From assembly GCF_009914755.1 (NCBI RefSeq), contig NC_060929.1: DNA of 64,000 nucleotides. The stretch is one strand, 5' to 3'. Positions 43,783-57,299 of this stretch are shown here, in pieces; position 1 is the first letter of the stretch; each line of letters opens with the position of its first letter. The notes under the pieces were generated by a model. The model was not told the origin of the DNA, did no database searches, and saw only the letters and a program-made list of their open reading frames with translations. The position numbers and the translations under genes were made by a program. The stretch is from the human T2T-CHM13v2.0 reference genome, Homo sapiens.

Positions 43783-43985
43783 CAGTGATTTGTACTAAGC
43801 CTTCAGCAATTTTACCCACTACTGTTTTTGTACCATTAGGGCAAATTTCAAAAACCAAAAATAGGAAATAATGTCTTAGTGTTATTATGAGAATAGCTCT
43901 GACCTTGTGGACCTCCTGAAAAGGTCTCAGGGATTCTCAGGATTCTCTAGGGGTTGGTTCATGGATCCTACTTCGAGAACCACTG
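43783..43985. mobile_element. hAT-Charlie DNA transposon remnant
   Basis: CTTAGTGTTATTATGAGAATAG...ACTTCGAGAACCACTG resembles a Charlie terminus. Confidence 0.6.
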
Positions 43986-46649
43986 TCTTGGAATTTAGGA
44001 CACAGAAAAACTCTTATACTGTGTGCTGCTTTAAGATTACATACAAAAATGGAACAGTTAATTGTTTGCACTTTTTCTCTAAAAAAATGTTTTTGCTCAA
44101 CAACATGCTTTTCTGCAGAAACAAAAATGACCCTTTACGTCACCCACCTCTTCCATGACTGGTTACCTTATGCTGCCACAAAAATAAAGCTGGTAATAAC
44201 CAATGGAATTACCTAATCTAGGCCTTTTACACACAAAGAAACAGAGACAATGAGGAAAAAATTGACTAGAGAAAGGCTACAAGTTGAAGTCTTCTGATTA
44301 CTAGCCAAATCATTTTATTTTTGCATATATGACTCTATCCAACCATGTCATTCTTCTCTCTTTAGCAATGTTGACTCCCCCCATCCCTCTGTATTCCCCT
44401 TTTAATCAGACTCGCTCCTAATCATATGCAGCAGTGTCTCATGCTTTTATTTTGCTAGTTCAAACCACGTTTTTAAAATATTATCTCTAGGGGGTGTGAT
44501 TACATTTAAACACTGTGTCCTAGCCCAAAGCAATTAAAAATAGTTTAGTCTAAATTTCTGAGTGATAAAGTTTAAGGAGAAAACAAAACGAACATAACTT
44601 CTAATTATCTTTGCATGAATTTGCAAAGAAATATTGTTTAAACATGAATAATTGCAGTGGAGGGGAAATGAGTTCACCCTGGAACGCTGTCTCTGAAGAT
44701 AGCAGTTTACTCCACCCTTCAGTGGCTGTAACCTTGCCTAAATTAAATATAATGAGTAAGAAATTATTCAGAAAGTAAGAGAGAAGAAAAATGTATTCGA
44801 TATTTTCAGTCCTAAATTACAGGTTTACTAATCTAGCTGTACCATATTGCAGATGTTGCTTGATTCATTATAAGTGAACCAGAGCAAATTTACTCCTACT
44901 GAGAATAGAATCGTTACCTTAACCCAAAGAAAGATGACGTGAGATGCAGTGACCATCAAGCATTGGATAACAGCTTTAAAAATGTTTCCAACTGAAATCT
45001 ATGCTGCCTTTACCTATTAAAATGTGGTTAACAATTCCCTTGTCAGTCATTTTAGTGCTATTTAGGTCTTGTTAATTGAATTTAAAGGAGCACTTTTATA
45101 ATAGAAAGAAGAAAAGGACAGACTGGGTTTGAATATCTTTCCCAAAATAAAAAGAGCCTTTTTATGTCCAGCGTTTGGAACAGGCTGGTGGCCTATTTAA
45201 AATGAAAATATTTAAAAAGTGAGATGTTATGTTGTTTCTAGGATCTCACTGTAATAATCTGAATGCCAAGGACTCTACTAGATCTGGACATTGTAAAGCT
45301 GAATTTTTTGGCAGAGCTTAAAAGCTAGAGTTTTTAATGCTTAAGTTTGGGAATTATACCTTAGGTCTTACCAGGTTTTGCATAATACAAATATAAAGAT
45401 GGCTTCTGGCTTATACCAGCTGAGTTTATCCTTCACCAGACAGTTCTAGTTTATGGTACAACAAACAAACAAGGGTAGCTGCACACTTCCTGTCAATCTT
45501 TCATGGTCTTTAATGGCTCAGATTTAGTGAGGACGATACAGTAGATTTCCTCTTGCGGTGTTAGGCCCATTAAATAGGCATCCATGGCTGTAGGTTTAAA
45601 TATATCATCCAGCATTTAGACTTTAGCCATACTAAACTATTAGAAATGGGAACTCATTTTTGTATCCTATATTATGAATTGAATGTGATTGTCAAAAATC
45701 CCACCCTATTTCTAAAATACTGGTTCAAATACTTTTTGTGGCATTTTTCTCTGACACAACAATTTTTTTGTCAAACATTCTACAATTTAGGAGAAAAGCT
45801 GAAACAGTGAGTACACTCGAGGCACTAAAAGCAGACCTGAAATCCTTTCCCCGCTACAAGTTTGGACTAAAAGTTTTTGGACAAATGATAGAAATAGAAG
45901 GGCTCCTGCTGATAAATCCTTCCAGCTCAGTGTTCATTCCTTTATTGACTATGGATGGGACAGAACCCTAGCAGGAAATTTTCAATGAGCCATGGTAAGA
46001 GATAAAGCAATGCCAAATCTGATGACTGAAGATAAACACGAATACTCCAAGTCCAAATCAAGGGCTGAGTGGAACAAGCATGAATGTTTGGCTGTTCACC
46101 TTTGCTGAGTACAAACTGAGAGCTTCATACTGGAAAGATGACTCCACTCTCAGCTATAAACTTGGAGTGAAATTAAAACTGGAAAAGAAAACAAGGGGCA
46201 ATTTACCTCTGTTTTACAAAAAAAGCAAATATCTTTAGGTTCAACTCTCAATTATTAAGAGACAGAAGTATTTGGAGCTGAAACTGGCTCAAAGAAGTAG
46301 AAATGTGAGAGAAAGAAGAGGAGTTTAAATTTATGTTTCATGTTCTAGGTACATTCCAGAATATCAAGAGAATGCAAGAGAATGTGAATAATAATAGCAG
46401 CCACACTTATTGAGCATTTATTGTAAGAATCACTCTGTCCTTCATGTGCCAAAATGAGAATAAAGCAAGGCATATATTAAGATGCTCTTTTTACAAGTAT
46501 GGAAAAAGAGTAAATGCAAGAGAGATAACAATCAAATATTAAAGGTCACCAGTAGCAAAATGCACTGCTCAATTCTGCAATAGTCTACGCTCAGACTTCA
46601 CTGCCTGGGCTGCTTAACTGTCACCCCATGAAGGTTATCTGAATTTTTA

Positions 46650-46830
46650 CTTTTACATATATCTATGTTTGATTTTAAATGTCTGTATATCTGTATCTAT
46701 CTTATTTGCATCTATTAGTATATATAGATATACATACATATACATATATGCACATTTATTAATGTATGAAGATATACAGACACATAAATACATACATGCA
46801 TATATATATACACATATATATATGTAAAAA
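46650..46830. repeat. TA/CA-rich low-complexity tract
   Basis: Directly visible. Confidence 0.85.
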
Positions 46831-46905
46831 GAGACAGACAGAAAGACAGAAAAAATTCTGTATAGCTGTAAATTCATCCCTGTAGTTCAATTCCCTTAGT
46901 CAGGA

Positions 46906-46985
46906 GAAAAGAAATTGGGCTACAGTTCCTTTTCATTAAAATTGCATTTGAACTATTACACTTGGCTTAAATATGATTATACTCT
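46906..46985 (+). repeat. Local direct duplication (partner 54146-54226)
   Basis: Manual alignment: about 80 bp, 6 mismatches and 1 gap. Confidence 0.9.
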
Positions 46986-49787
46986 TTTCTCAAATAAATC
47001 TGTTTCTTGTTAAAAAAATGTGGATTTTATGCACTAGATCATAACCTTAAGTCTTTCCTGAGCACACTTTATTAATAAAAATTAAGTGTTAACAATGTTT
47101 GTAAAAATTCTACAGATATAATATGTTGTATGCTTTCACGAGTGTAAAAATAAAAGTTAGATTCTTTGTCATTAAGAAGGGCCAAGAAAAGGAGAGTATG
47201 AAGACTTCTGTGTAACACCCAACACTGTGATTCTTCATGACTAATGAATGTACAATAAACAAAATTCAAAAATGGGGCTAGAGGGAGCCAGACTGATCTG
47301 AAGCTTCTGGTTGAAGCAAACTAAACCAGGGCTGAGTTATGCTTGAATCCCATAGGTAAGGTTGTTTAATGACACTTAAAAATAGCTTGAACAGATATCA
47401 ATTATAGGAGAAATGACTACAAATGAATCAGAACTTATCAAATTGTTGGTGCCTTGGACAGTGTTAAAAGTCCCTGAAATAATAAGTGAAGACTATCTGA
47501 GACAGGCGTTTGGCTAAAGTGGAGGGACCTTGAAGGCCCACTCAGTTCTCACATCCACAAAATCTTTCACTACTGATTTGTATCTGTAACCTCAATCAGT
47601 CTTATATGGTAAATTCTGATCTTCTTGGTTAATCAAGTGGATATATTGATCCCTGGATTAAACAGAATGAGCTTAAAGTATAGATAATGTAAAACTAAAA
47701 ATAAGTATAGATGTAATGGCTATTACAGGTGTCACGGTCAACTGTTCTGTTGCAAGTTAGTTGTTGGGGGACTTCTTTTGTTTTACATGTGTTCAAATTC
47801 ATCAAAAAATAGAATCATATTTTAAATATTTTAGATAAAATCTACTTATATCCAATAATGTGAATATTTAATTTTAAATAAAATGCATACAAAATTAAAC
47901 ATCACAAAATGAAAAAGCCTGGAAAAGATGATACACTGAAATCTTTCTCATTTTCTTTTGAAGATAAGGTACTAATAAAAGGAGTCTTCAAAGATGTATC
48001 TCACCACTTGACAGCAATATTCAAGGACATCAATTATACCTTTATCAAGTAGAGAAATAAGAAATATTCCCAGGTTTATAGAATGAGGCTTATTTGATTG
48101 TCTAAATTTTACTAAATAAATTCTTAGACAAATAACATTATACATGAGAACTCAGCAACATTAATTGAAAAAAATTTCTTTAAGTAAATCATATTGTGAA
48201 TTTAAGGGAGTGAAGTTTGGTAAAAATACTGACCTTGCCTCTAACTTGGGACTCTAGTATTCATATAGGACATTTTGAACACGGATTTTAAACCAAGACT
48301 GCTACTATTATAACACCTTAAGCTAAATTTAAAGCAATAAAACAAATTAGACTTCAAACAAAATTCATCTAGGGTTATAGAATAAATATGGACCAAAAAT
48401 ATGGATTTTTGAAATTCAGTTAATTTTCTAGTGACGAAGTGTGAATTATCTTACAGATGTGTTCAAAAACTTAACTTCAGAGAGACATAATCTATAGTTT
48501 TGCCTCTGTGTCCATCCTTGGATAAAACAGACTGGAGGAACCATGTGCATGACCCAGTAAACTACTTTGCAATAATTTACTTATACAACACATATTGGAG
48601 TGCCAACTATGTGTCTGGAATCTGGGGCTTCCTGCTGAGATTACCTAAGAGATATAGTTAAATATGCAGTGGTTACTATATTACTACCACGGTCCTATAT
48701 TAACATAATGAACACATAACTGCAGTTTATCTATGGGCTAAGTATCATAGTAACAAAATATAGAGGATCAAAACATCTGGGTATACAAGGACAAATAAAG
48801 ATGCATAACAAGATGTTTTAATATATCTCTTTCATTTTTTAACCAAATAAAAAAATGAAAAGTGACATAAGAAAGCAGAATAAAAGAAATGAATAAGAAT
48901 TCACACTGAACTCAGTATGCTGGGGGAAAAAGTGTATTTTCTCTTCAAGTATCCAAGAAACAATAAAATGTTGAAAGTACGTTTGGCCACAAGGACAAAA
49001 TTAATAAATTATTTATATTGGAAAGAGTATAAATCATATTCTGTGACTACAATCTCATTTAAAAAAACAATAGAAATCAAAAGTTAAAATTATTATACAT
49101 TCACCCCATTGGATAGTCAAAAGCATTCTTCTAAACTTCTTTAAGGCAAAAGGAAATTAAAAAGCTCAATTGCTGAAAAAAATCAGTAAGAATACCTTTC
49201 CTTTCAAAATCCATGGGATGCGATCAAAGAACAACTAATTTTAAAGGAGGAGATGGAACAAAGGGAATGACTGTTTGTTCTGTGGTTGTTATCACTTTTA
49301 GGATTAGGACAGGGCAGATAATAAAAGTTCAGTCAGTTGGTCATGCTGACTAAACCACACAGTAATGAAGCCAGAGAAGATCCTGGTCATTGTATTGCGT
49401 CTATGTGCCAGCTGAATGAGCTTGTACACAGCTCCCTGTCTTTAATAATGGAGATGATAAGTACTTCCTTCATGAGGTTATCATGGAGAGAGTAAAACAG
49501 TGCTTGGTACTAACCAGATTTTCAATATCAGAATATTAGCAAAATTCCAATGGGGGAAAATCCGAAGAATAGTAGAGTAAAATATATCAAATGTTAAAAA
49601 AGAGAAACAACTTAAGAGTTGAGAAATTATGATTGGATTTGAGCATCAAGATGCCACTTGAAATTTCAAGAAGGCAATTTCAGAAGATTGAGGGGAGGTC
49701 AAGATTATAGACTGAAGGAGCTTATAATGTTCCCAAATAAAGTTTTTTGGGGAAAAAGTCATCCAGGATTTCTAATAGCCATTTCTT

Positions 49788-49943
49788 TTATATCTATAAT
49801 TTCAACTTTTATTTTAGATTCGGGGGATACGTGATGTGCCTGTTTGTTACATGGGTGTATCACATAATAGTGAGATTTGGAGTACAATTGATCTCATCGC
49901 CCAGGTAGTGAGTGTAGTATTCAATAGTTAGTTTTCAACCTTG
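49788..49943 (-). mobile_element. Short older L1PA/L1PB 3'-end insertion
   Basis: TTTCAACTTTTATTTTAGATTCGGGGG...; flanking repeats TAATAGCCATTTCTT / TAACAGGCATTTCTT. Confidence 0.85.
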
Positions 49944-52900
49944 TAACAGGCATTTCTTAATGACTGGTATATGGAAGTCATTTTGCAAAGCTACTTTAAG
50001 ATGGAAAGAAAAAATATTTCACTCACTTTCCTGTGTTCTCTCTGTTGGCATCCAAAAGGCTCATCAGCATTATTTACTTAATCACAAGTGCTCTGTATTT
50101 TTTATATAGCATAGTCATTCTCTAATGTGTTTAACAAATATTAATTGAGCCACTATGACAGTGTCAGTCTTTTTGTTTGAAGCTGGAAATTAATAATATC
50201 CATCTCAGAAGGTAAATCAAATACGATTTTTAAGACTAGCCAAAAATCCGACTATTTATGTACAACATATCAATTTTTAAATGTTGACTCAAAAATATTA
50301 AGGCCAACTAAGAAACAAAATAAATAAAATCTTAAGTAGAGTTTATCCTTTATCATCGATCTGACAGTTTAGTCATTGGTCTCCAATTTCACATCTATTC
50401 TAATTTTAATCTCTTTCAAATTTCCTACACAACTCATGTCATTTTCTGAAAAGAAAAAAAAAAGGCTTCTAATGTACAAGAGATTCAAAATTAAGGAAGA
50501 CAGAGAAGTATTACATACTCTTAGAGCATTTATTTCATGGCCTGTGTCACCTCATTTTATGGGAAAGTTCCATGCTGACCAGATTTCTGATTAAAGGTGG
50601 ATTTGACTGAGAAGAAAGTTGACAGCTCTACATCAACTGAACAAAATCCTTTTCAGAAATGAAACAAAAGTACACTTTTCTTTCAGGTATAATTCTTTCA
50701 CAAAAGTCACAGACTTTCCTCAGCACTTAGCAATCCCCAACTCTTAATGCCAGGAAATCCATAAAATACCAATTATTCTATACTTACATAATATATTTGA
50801 ATTGAGTAATTATTACCTTCTAGACATTGTACAGAATGCTTGCATTAATTATTTTTCAAAAATAGCATGAATAAAGAACTATGATTATTTTCATTTTCAA
50901 ATGAGAAATCAGAGATTCACACAAAGTAAATAGTTTGCCACAGGTCACATAGCTGAGATTCAAATTTATGATTAAGTGATAAGGCTAGAAGGACCAGATG
51001 AACTAGGTAAGTTGAAAATAATAAAGGACTGAGGATCAAAGAACAAAAAATAAGAGGAAAGAAGAAAACAGCATAAAGAAAAGGTGGCAGTTGTAATAAC
51101 AGAGATAAAACCCCACATCCAATAGTCTGCCATTACAGAGTTCTATGATTGCATTTTATCCTTTACAGAGAGACAGAGACTGAAGAAGGACTTTTGGACT
51201 GCACCTTCTGTTAAAAATTGTCTGTAACTTTCCAAGAACATCTGACAATAGAATCCAGAGAGATACTACAAAATGTGTGATTATTTCTCTTCTTTCCCTA
51301 ATTACTGAGTAGAAAAAAGCAGCAGCAAGACGAAAATGGGAGCGCGTGTGCTATTTTTTCATCTTTGCTCCAAATGAGGGATTTGGGCAGATATATTCAT
51401 ATTTCACTGCTTAACTTTAAAAACAGTTCTTCTGGGATTCTCTTTCCTGATGGAATTATATAGCACTGAGTGTTATGTTTTTAATAAGATTCAAATCAGA
51501 AGTCTTTGACAGAGAAAAATGTACCCCAAAGGTCAAATGTGTCACTGGGAAGACTAGAGGATTCAATAGAGAAATAAGCTACACTGTCATTTATTACAAA
51601 GGAGTCAGAAGAGTCTCTCTTCATACTTTGCTTTCTTTGTATTTAGCAGTACAAGTATAATCTGTGGACCTTAAAATATTAAAAGATGAATAAGAATATT
51701 TCCTTGAAAATAAGATGCCATTTAAATCAATGTCAAAGTTATGTAAAAGTCAAGTAATGAGAAGACCAGAATTATTCTTCATGATTTTATTAAACCGTAG
51801 CTGGTATATCAATCCATCACTTGCCAAGGTTGTCTAGAATGCATACGTAACTGTTCTTTGTGAATGGAAACGAGCTGAAGAAAGAGGAAATGTCTGATAT
51901 CCACAGTGCAGCGTGACAGGTCACTCTATTGAAGAGCAAAATAATTTAGCCATGGGTCTTCTCTATTGCTGAAAAATCAGCCTGACAATAGTTACAGGTT
52001 TAATTGTAGTTCTAATTTTTGTGCTGTAGAATTCATCTGCTGCTGAGAAACTACTTTGTTGTGTGTTTCTAAATCATTTGACATTTAGAGGTGTTATGAA
52101 GGTCGTGAGATTTATAATAAATACCAAACTTCAAAAAGAGATGTATTTTTAGTCATTTCTTAAGACCAAATGATGTGCAGAAAATTATGTAGGTGGAACA
52201 ATAATAGGAATAAAGGAAGTGGCTAACCAATTTTGTTGCACCTTATTTTCTTTAATATTGGTAATTTTTAAAAGGTTGTGTGTTCTTGTGCTTTTAAATC
52301 TAGTTTCTAATGTGTTCTGCTGCCACATGGGTATAATACAGTCTGGTCAAAGGTTGTAAACCCCAATGTTTACAGAGTTTACACAGTGAAATTCAAGAAG
52401 TAAAGTGAGTCCATTTGGAGAAAAATCACACTGCCATTTTGCCCTATATTTTTGTCATCCATCTTTTGACAGAGCTCCAATGAAGATAAAACTCAGGTGC
52501 TATAGAAGTTTGATGATGAATGGCAAATGTTGTTTAATACTGGGATCAGAGACAAGGGGGAATGGCAAGGACTTTGATGAAGTGGAGACCCCAGAGATTT
52601 CAGCCAATCCCATTTGACTGCTGCCTTTGAAAATGCAGGTCCAGAGCTACCCAATCTTTTAATTTTTTTTACATTTCTGAAAACGTTTCTAAAACAAAAC
52701 ACAAACAAAATGCAACTGTAAAATTACATTTAGGTCACAGGCTTGGTATGATGTATCTTGTAGTCAGAAGTGTAGAGTACAGATATCACAAAAATCATGC
52801 AGTTATGTGTGAATTAGTAACATTTGGAGAACACCTCTACTGTGGGTCTGTCTTGATGTCTATTTTGTTCTTGAGTTCTTCTAGGTTGTGTGTGCAAGGG

Positions 52901-52987
52901 GAAGGGAGGGGAAGGAGTGAAGAGGGCCATATAGACCAGACTGCAGGAAGTCACAGAGTTGAAACACACTGCAAGAAACTCTGTATA

Positions 52988-53299
52988 CAGTCATGTGCCA
53001 CATAACATTTCAGTCAACAATGAATCCCATATACACCAGTGGTCTCATAAGTATTTTTACTGGACCTCTTCTATGTTTAGGTGTGTTTAGACAAATACTT
53101 ACAATTGTGTTACAGTTGCCAGTAGCATACTATATGGGTTTGTAGCCTAGGACCAACAGGCTATACCACACAGCCTAGGTGTGTAGTAGGTCATGCTATC
53201 CAGGTTTGTGTACATTCACTCTGTGATGTTCCCACAACAAGGAAAACTTAATGATGCATTTCTCAGAATACATCCCTGTCACTAAGCGAGGCATGACTG
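52988..53299. mobile_element. Tigger3-like non-autonomous DNA transposon
   Basis: TIRs CAGTCATG...CATGACTG flanked by TA. Confidence 0.88.
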
Positions 53300-54782
53300 T
53301 ATTTAGTGCTGAAATCAAATTTACTGTTAGCTAGTTTTATGACACTGTATAAATCATTTAATATCTCTATGCTAATTATTTCCTCTTTTGAATTGATGAC
53401 CGCTAGACTAGATAATGTCTAAAATGTCTTCCACCCCTAAAAATCTAGAATAGATGTAGACAAAGTATTTCACAGCTTCTCAATGACAACTACCAAAGTT
53501 ATTAATTATACTGTATCTAGCCTATAATTCCCCATTAAATCTTTTTTCATAATCCTTTTCACTGATATGATTTTCTTATTTAAAATTCCCTTTTTATAAA
53601 CTTTCATACATTTTGGTTTTTTTATTCTTCCCATGCCTATGCCTTAAGAAGAGGATGAAAAATAGATTTCATCTTCTGTCAGGTCTAATATCAGAGCAGC
53701 TTCCCAGAAGACTGTGTTCAAAAGGATTGTGAGCACTTCCGGAAGTGCTGCACGGAGCATGATTGATTAGCAATGTCTGTATGGGCGAGGGAGAACAATT
53801 TACACTTTATATCACAGAAATGAGTTTAGAAGTATTGGTTCTGAATTCTAAGATTTCAAAATTACTAAACCCTAGATTAAACATCCACGATTCATGACTT
53901 TCTCCCTACTGTTCTTGAGACTTTAGGGTTTTTTTTTTTTTTTTTTGCCAAAAATATCAAACTTCCTTTTATTTATTTTTTATTCTTTGGCAGTCATAGA
54001 GCAGGTACTTTTTTTCCATCAAATTATAGGAGATCCTATCAAAAAATGCCTTAAGTTGTATTTCAAAATTCTGAAAAATCATAGGCAAAATGTACAAACT
54101 ATGTTGAACTGAAATTAAGCAAAGTTAATTGTGCTTATATCCGGGGAAAAGAAATTGGGCTACAGTTCCCTTTTCATTAAAATTGCATTTGAATTATTAC
54201 ATTTGGCCTAAATATGATTGCATTCTAAGGCATTTTCTAACAAATGAAGCACTCAGTTTTTTTTATTCTTCACCACTAAGCATAGGAGTAGTGTGAAATG
54301 TACAAGACCTGTCAAAATCTTATATTAATATATAAGCTTCTTGCTAGGTTTTTGTGCCAACTTTCTAAAAATATTTGTCAGGAGCAATTCTTGTAATTTT
54401 ATGAGATTTTAATTTTTATCAAGTAGAGTTTTTAAAGGTTCTGATTTTTAAATTTCCATATGTAAAATTTGTAACAATAATTATAATTTTATTATTTGTA
54501 GTACCTACTACAAACTAAGATAGGGAGGACTGCCTAATAGAAATCTATTTCTTCCTTGGTTAAGAAATAATATTAATTTGCAAACGATTCTATTAATTAT
54601 CAGTATATAAATGTGTGCCATTTTAGGGGGTTAAGATGCCTAAAAAAATATATTTTTTAAAATGGAGCATTATCTTAAGTAACCTTCATGAAGAAAGAGT
54701 TTTCTACATTTATATACATTGAAATTACCACCAGTATAAATTTTTGAATTAGTAAAGAATAAATTAACATGTGGTTATCTAC

Positions 54783-55152
54783 TGTATTAGCCCGATTTCA
54801 CACTGCTCATAAAGACATACCTGAGACTGACAATTTACAAAAGAGAGGTTTAATGGACTCACAGTTCCACGTGACTGGGGAGGCCTCACAATCATGGCGG
54901 AAAGGTGAAAAGCACATCTCACATGGCAGCGGACAAGAGAAGAGAATGAGAGCCAAGCAAAAGGATTTTCCCCTTATAAAACCATCAGATCTTCTGAGGT
55001 TTATTCACTACCATGAGAACAGTATGGTGGAAACCACCTCCATGATTTAATTATCTCCCACTGGGTCCCTCCCCCAGCATGAGGGAATTGTGGGAGCTAC
55101 AATTCAAAATGAGATTATGAGATTTGGGTGGGGACACAGCCAAATTATATTA
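54783..55152 (-). mobile_element. THE1C/D-like solo LTR
   Basis: TGTATTAGCCCGATTTCACACTGCT...GATTTGGGTGGGGACACAGCCAAA. Confidence 0.93.
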
Positions 55153-56099
55153 GCTGCCATTCAAGTTAATACTTCTTAATAAATATATTTAAAAGAAAAG
55201 CAGAACTTTTAGGAAAAAGATAGCCACACTTTGAAAATTCAGGTACTGAAAAATGTTTTCTCATGTAGCTTGTTCAGATGAAAATTTTAAATCACACTTA
55301 AAGTACTGCTTGATATTAAAAATCTATCTCTTCTTCTTGCTTTTCCCCCAAGATCCAGAAGTCAAGGCTTTTCCAATCATGGTGGTATGCTTGGAAATCT
55401 CCAAGGTTCTAAATAAAAGCTCTCTCTGGATTCCATGAGAAGAATTTCTGGGTGGGTCACACAACTACAACTTTAACTCTGGCAGAACTGTTAGGTGAAG
55501 AGCTGTTGACCCAAAGGGAAAGGAGTCCATTTATTTTTCATGCCTGCTAAAGAAAATTAGTCCAGCTATTCTGACAAACAACAGCAACAACAAGAAGCAC
55601 ATCTTATTTCTCATTCTGAGCTATTCCCCATTCAAAACCATGCCTCTTCTACTTTTGAGAATCTTTTTCATTACAATTTTATGGTCTCTAAAATTCTAAA
55701 AATTTTTCAAACCCAAAAATCTCCGATAATTGTCACATGATCTGAAATATTGCAATCTCTGAAACTTCACAGTTCTAGGAAGTATCAATTATTACATGTA
55801 TGCAAGTCTTTTATTATCATGAGGTAATTAATATACATTGGTTATGGAAAAGCACCAAAAATGATACTATAGAATTACAGGATTAGTTTTAGCGTTAAAG
55901 GGAACCACATACCCTGAAGTGTGTCCTTAATTATTCAGAAGCAAGTAATCATCTACATGGAATATATGAATAATTAATGTCTACTTTAACGCACTTTAAC
56001 GGAACTCTTCTTTTGTACAGTGAATCAACATATTCAACACTAAAAAGTTTAAAGTTTTAACAAACTTAGAGGTGATATCAGTAGCGGGAACTCAGGCTT

Positions 56100-56950
56100 G
56101 GGTCTTTGTCTTTATTACATTCTCCTCCTGGGTTCTCTCATCTAGTGCTACGTCTATAAATAGCAATTATGTGCTGCTGATGTCTCTAAAGTTTATTTGT
56201 CCAACTCAGTCTGCTCCACTATATTCCATATCCATTCATTCAACTGCTTATTTGATCTTTCCACTTGGATAGATATCTAGTAAATATATTAAACTTAGTA
56301 CTCCCAAAAGTCAACTCTATGTTGCAATTTATAAAACCTACTCCTCTACCAATTTTGACCACTGGGGCAAAAAAATGCCACCATCTTCTCTGTAACACGG
56401 TTGAAAATACCACACGTCATTCCAGACTCCTTGCTTACACTCTCTCCATGCTATCTCCAGCAAGCCCTGTTTTATTCTACCTGTAAAACATAACTTCAAT
56501 GTGTCCATTTCTGTCCATCCCTACTGCTACCACCCTAGTCCAAACCACTGTCATCTCTTCCCAGGAAACTGCAGTAGGCTCCAAAATAGATTACTGCCTA
56601 TATTCTTCCCTCTTCCACAGTTCATTTTCCAACAAAAAGAGCAGCCAGAATAACCTTTTACAACAATAAATCAATCTATGCCACTCCCCTGAACAAAACC
56701 CTACAGTGACTTTACACTGTATTAAGAATAAAATCGAAACTGTTTTTCTACAAAGACCATTATCACCTAATCTCTGCCTTATTCTTTGAATCGTCTATGT
56801 TTATTATTTTTTGTTGTTAGTTTCTGCCTGCATGAATTATTAGCTCCAAGAGGGCAGAGATTTTTCTGTCCAGTAAACCTTTGGCCTAGCCCCTAGAGCA
56901 GTGTGTGGTGTATAGTAGACTCTGAATAAATGTTTCTAAAAAGAATGACT
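56100..56950 (+). mobile_element. L2 LINE
   Basis: CCATCCCTACTGCTACCACCCTAGTCCAAACCAC; 3' end GTAGACTCTGAATAAATGTT...GAATGACT. Confidence 0.75.
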
Positions 56951-57299
56951 GAGATTTCCCAAATATGATTACAGATGTATGCCTGCAAAATGAAAGGAGG
57001 GGTAGTGGTGGTCATTGTACTAAAATAAGGTCATATATGACACATTTCTACATTTTTTTAATTAAACAATAAACTGAGAGGTCCCTGCTATTCAGGTGGT
57101 AGAGCTTTAGTTCCTTCTTTTAATGGTGCATAATATTGCATTAAACAGCTCAAAAATTTTTCAGCCACTGTCCCCACTAATAACCTTTCTTCGTTTTTTT
57201 TTTTTTTTTTTTTTTTGCAACAAAATATGAGAGTATCGTTTTCCCACAACCATTCCATTTTTAAGCTTTAAAGAAGCAGGATTTTTTTAAATTTTAGCA

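Noticed and set aside
42600-52900. Repeat-poor stretch as possible additional exons
   Set aside because: I found no convincing acceptor, open frame and donor combination by eye; lncRNA exons or enhancers cannot be excluded without data.
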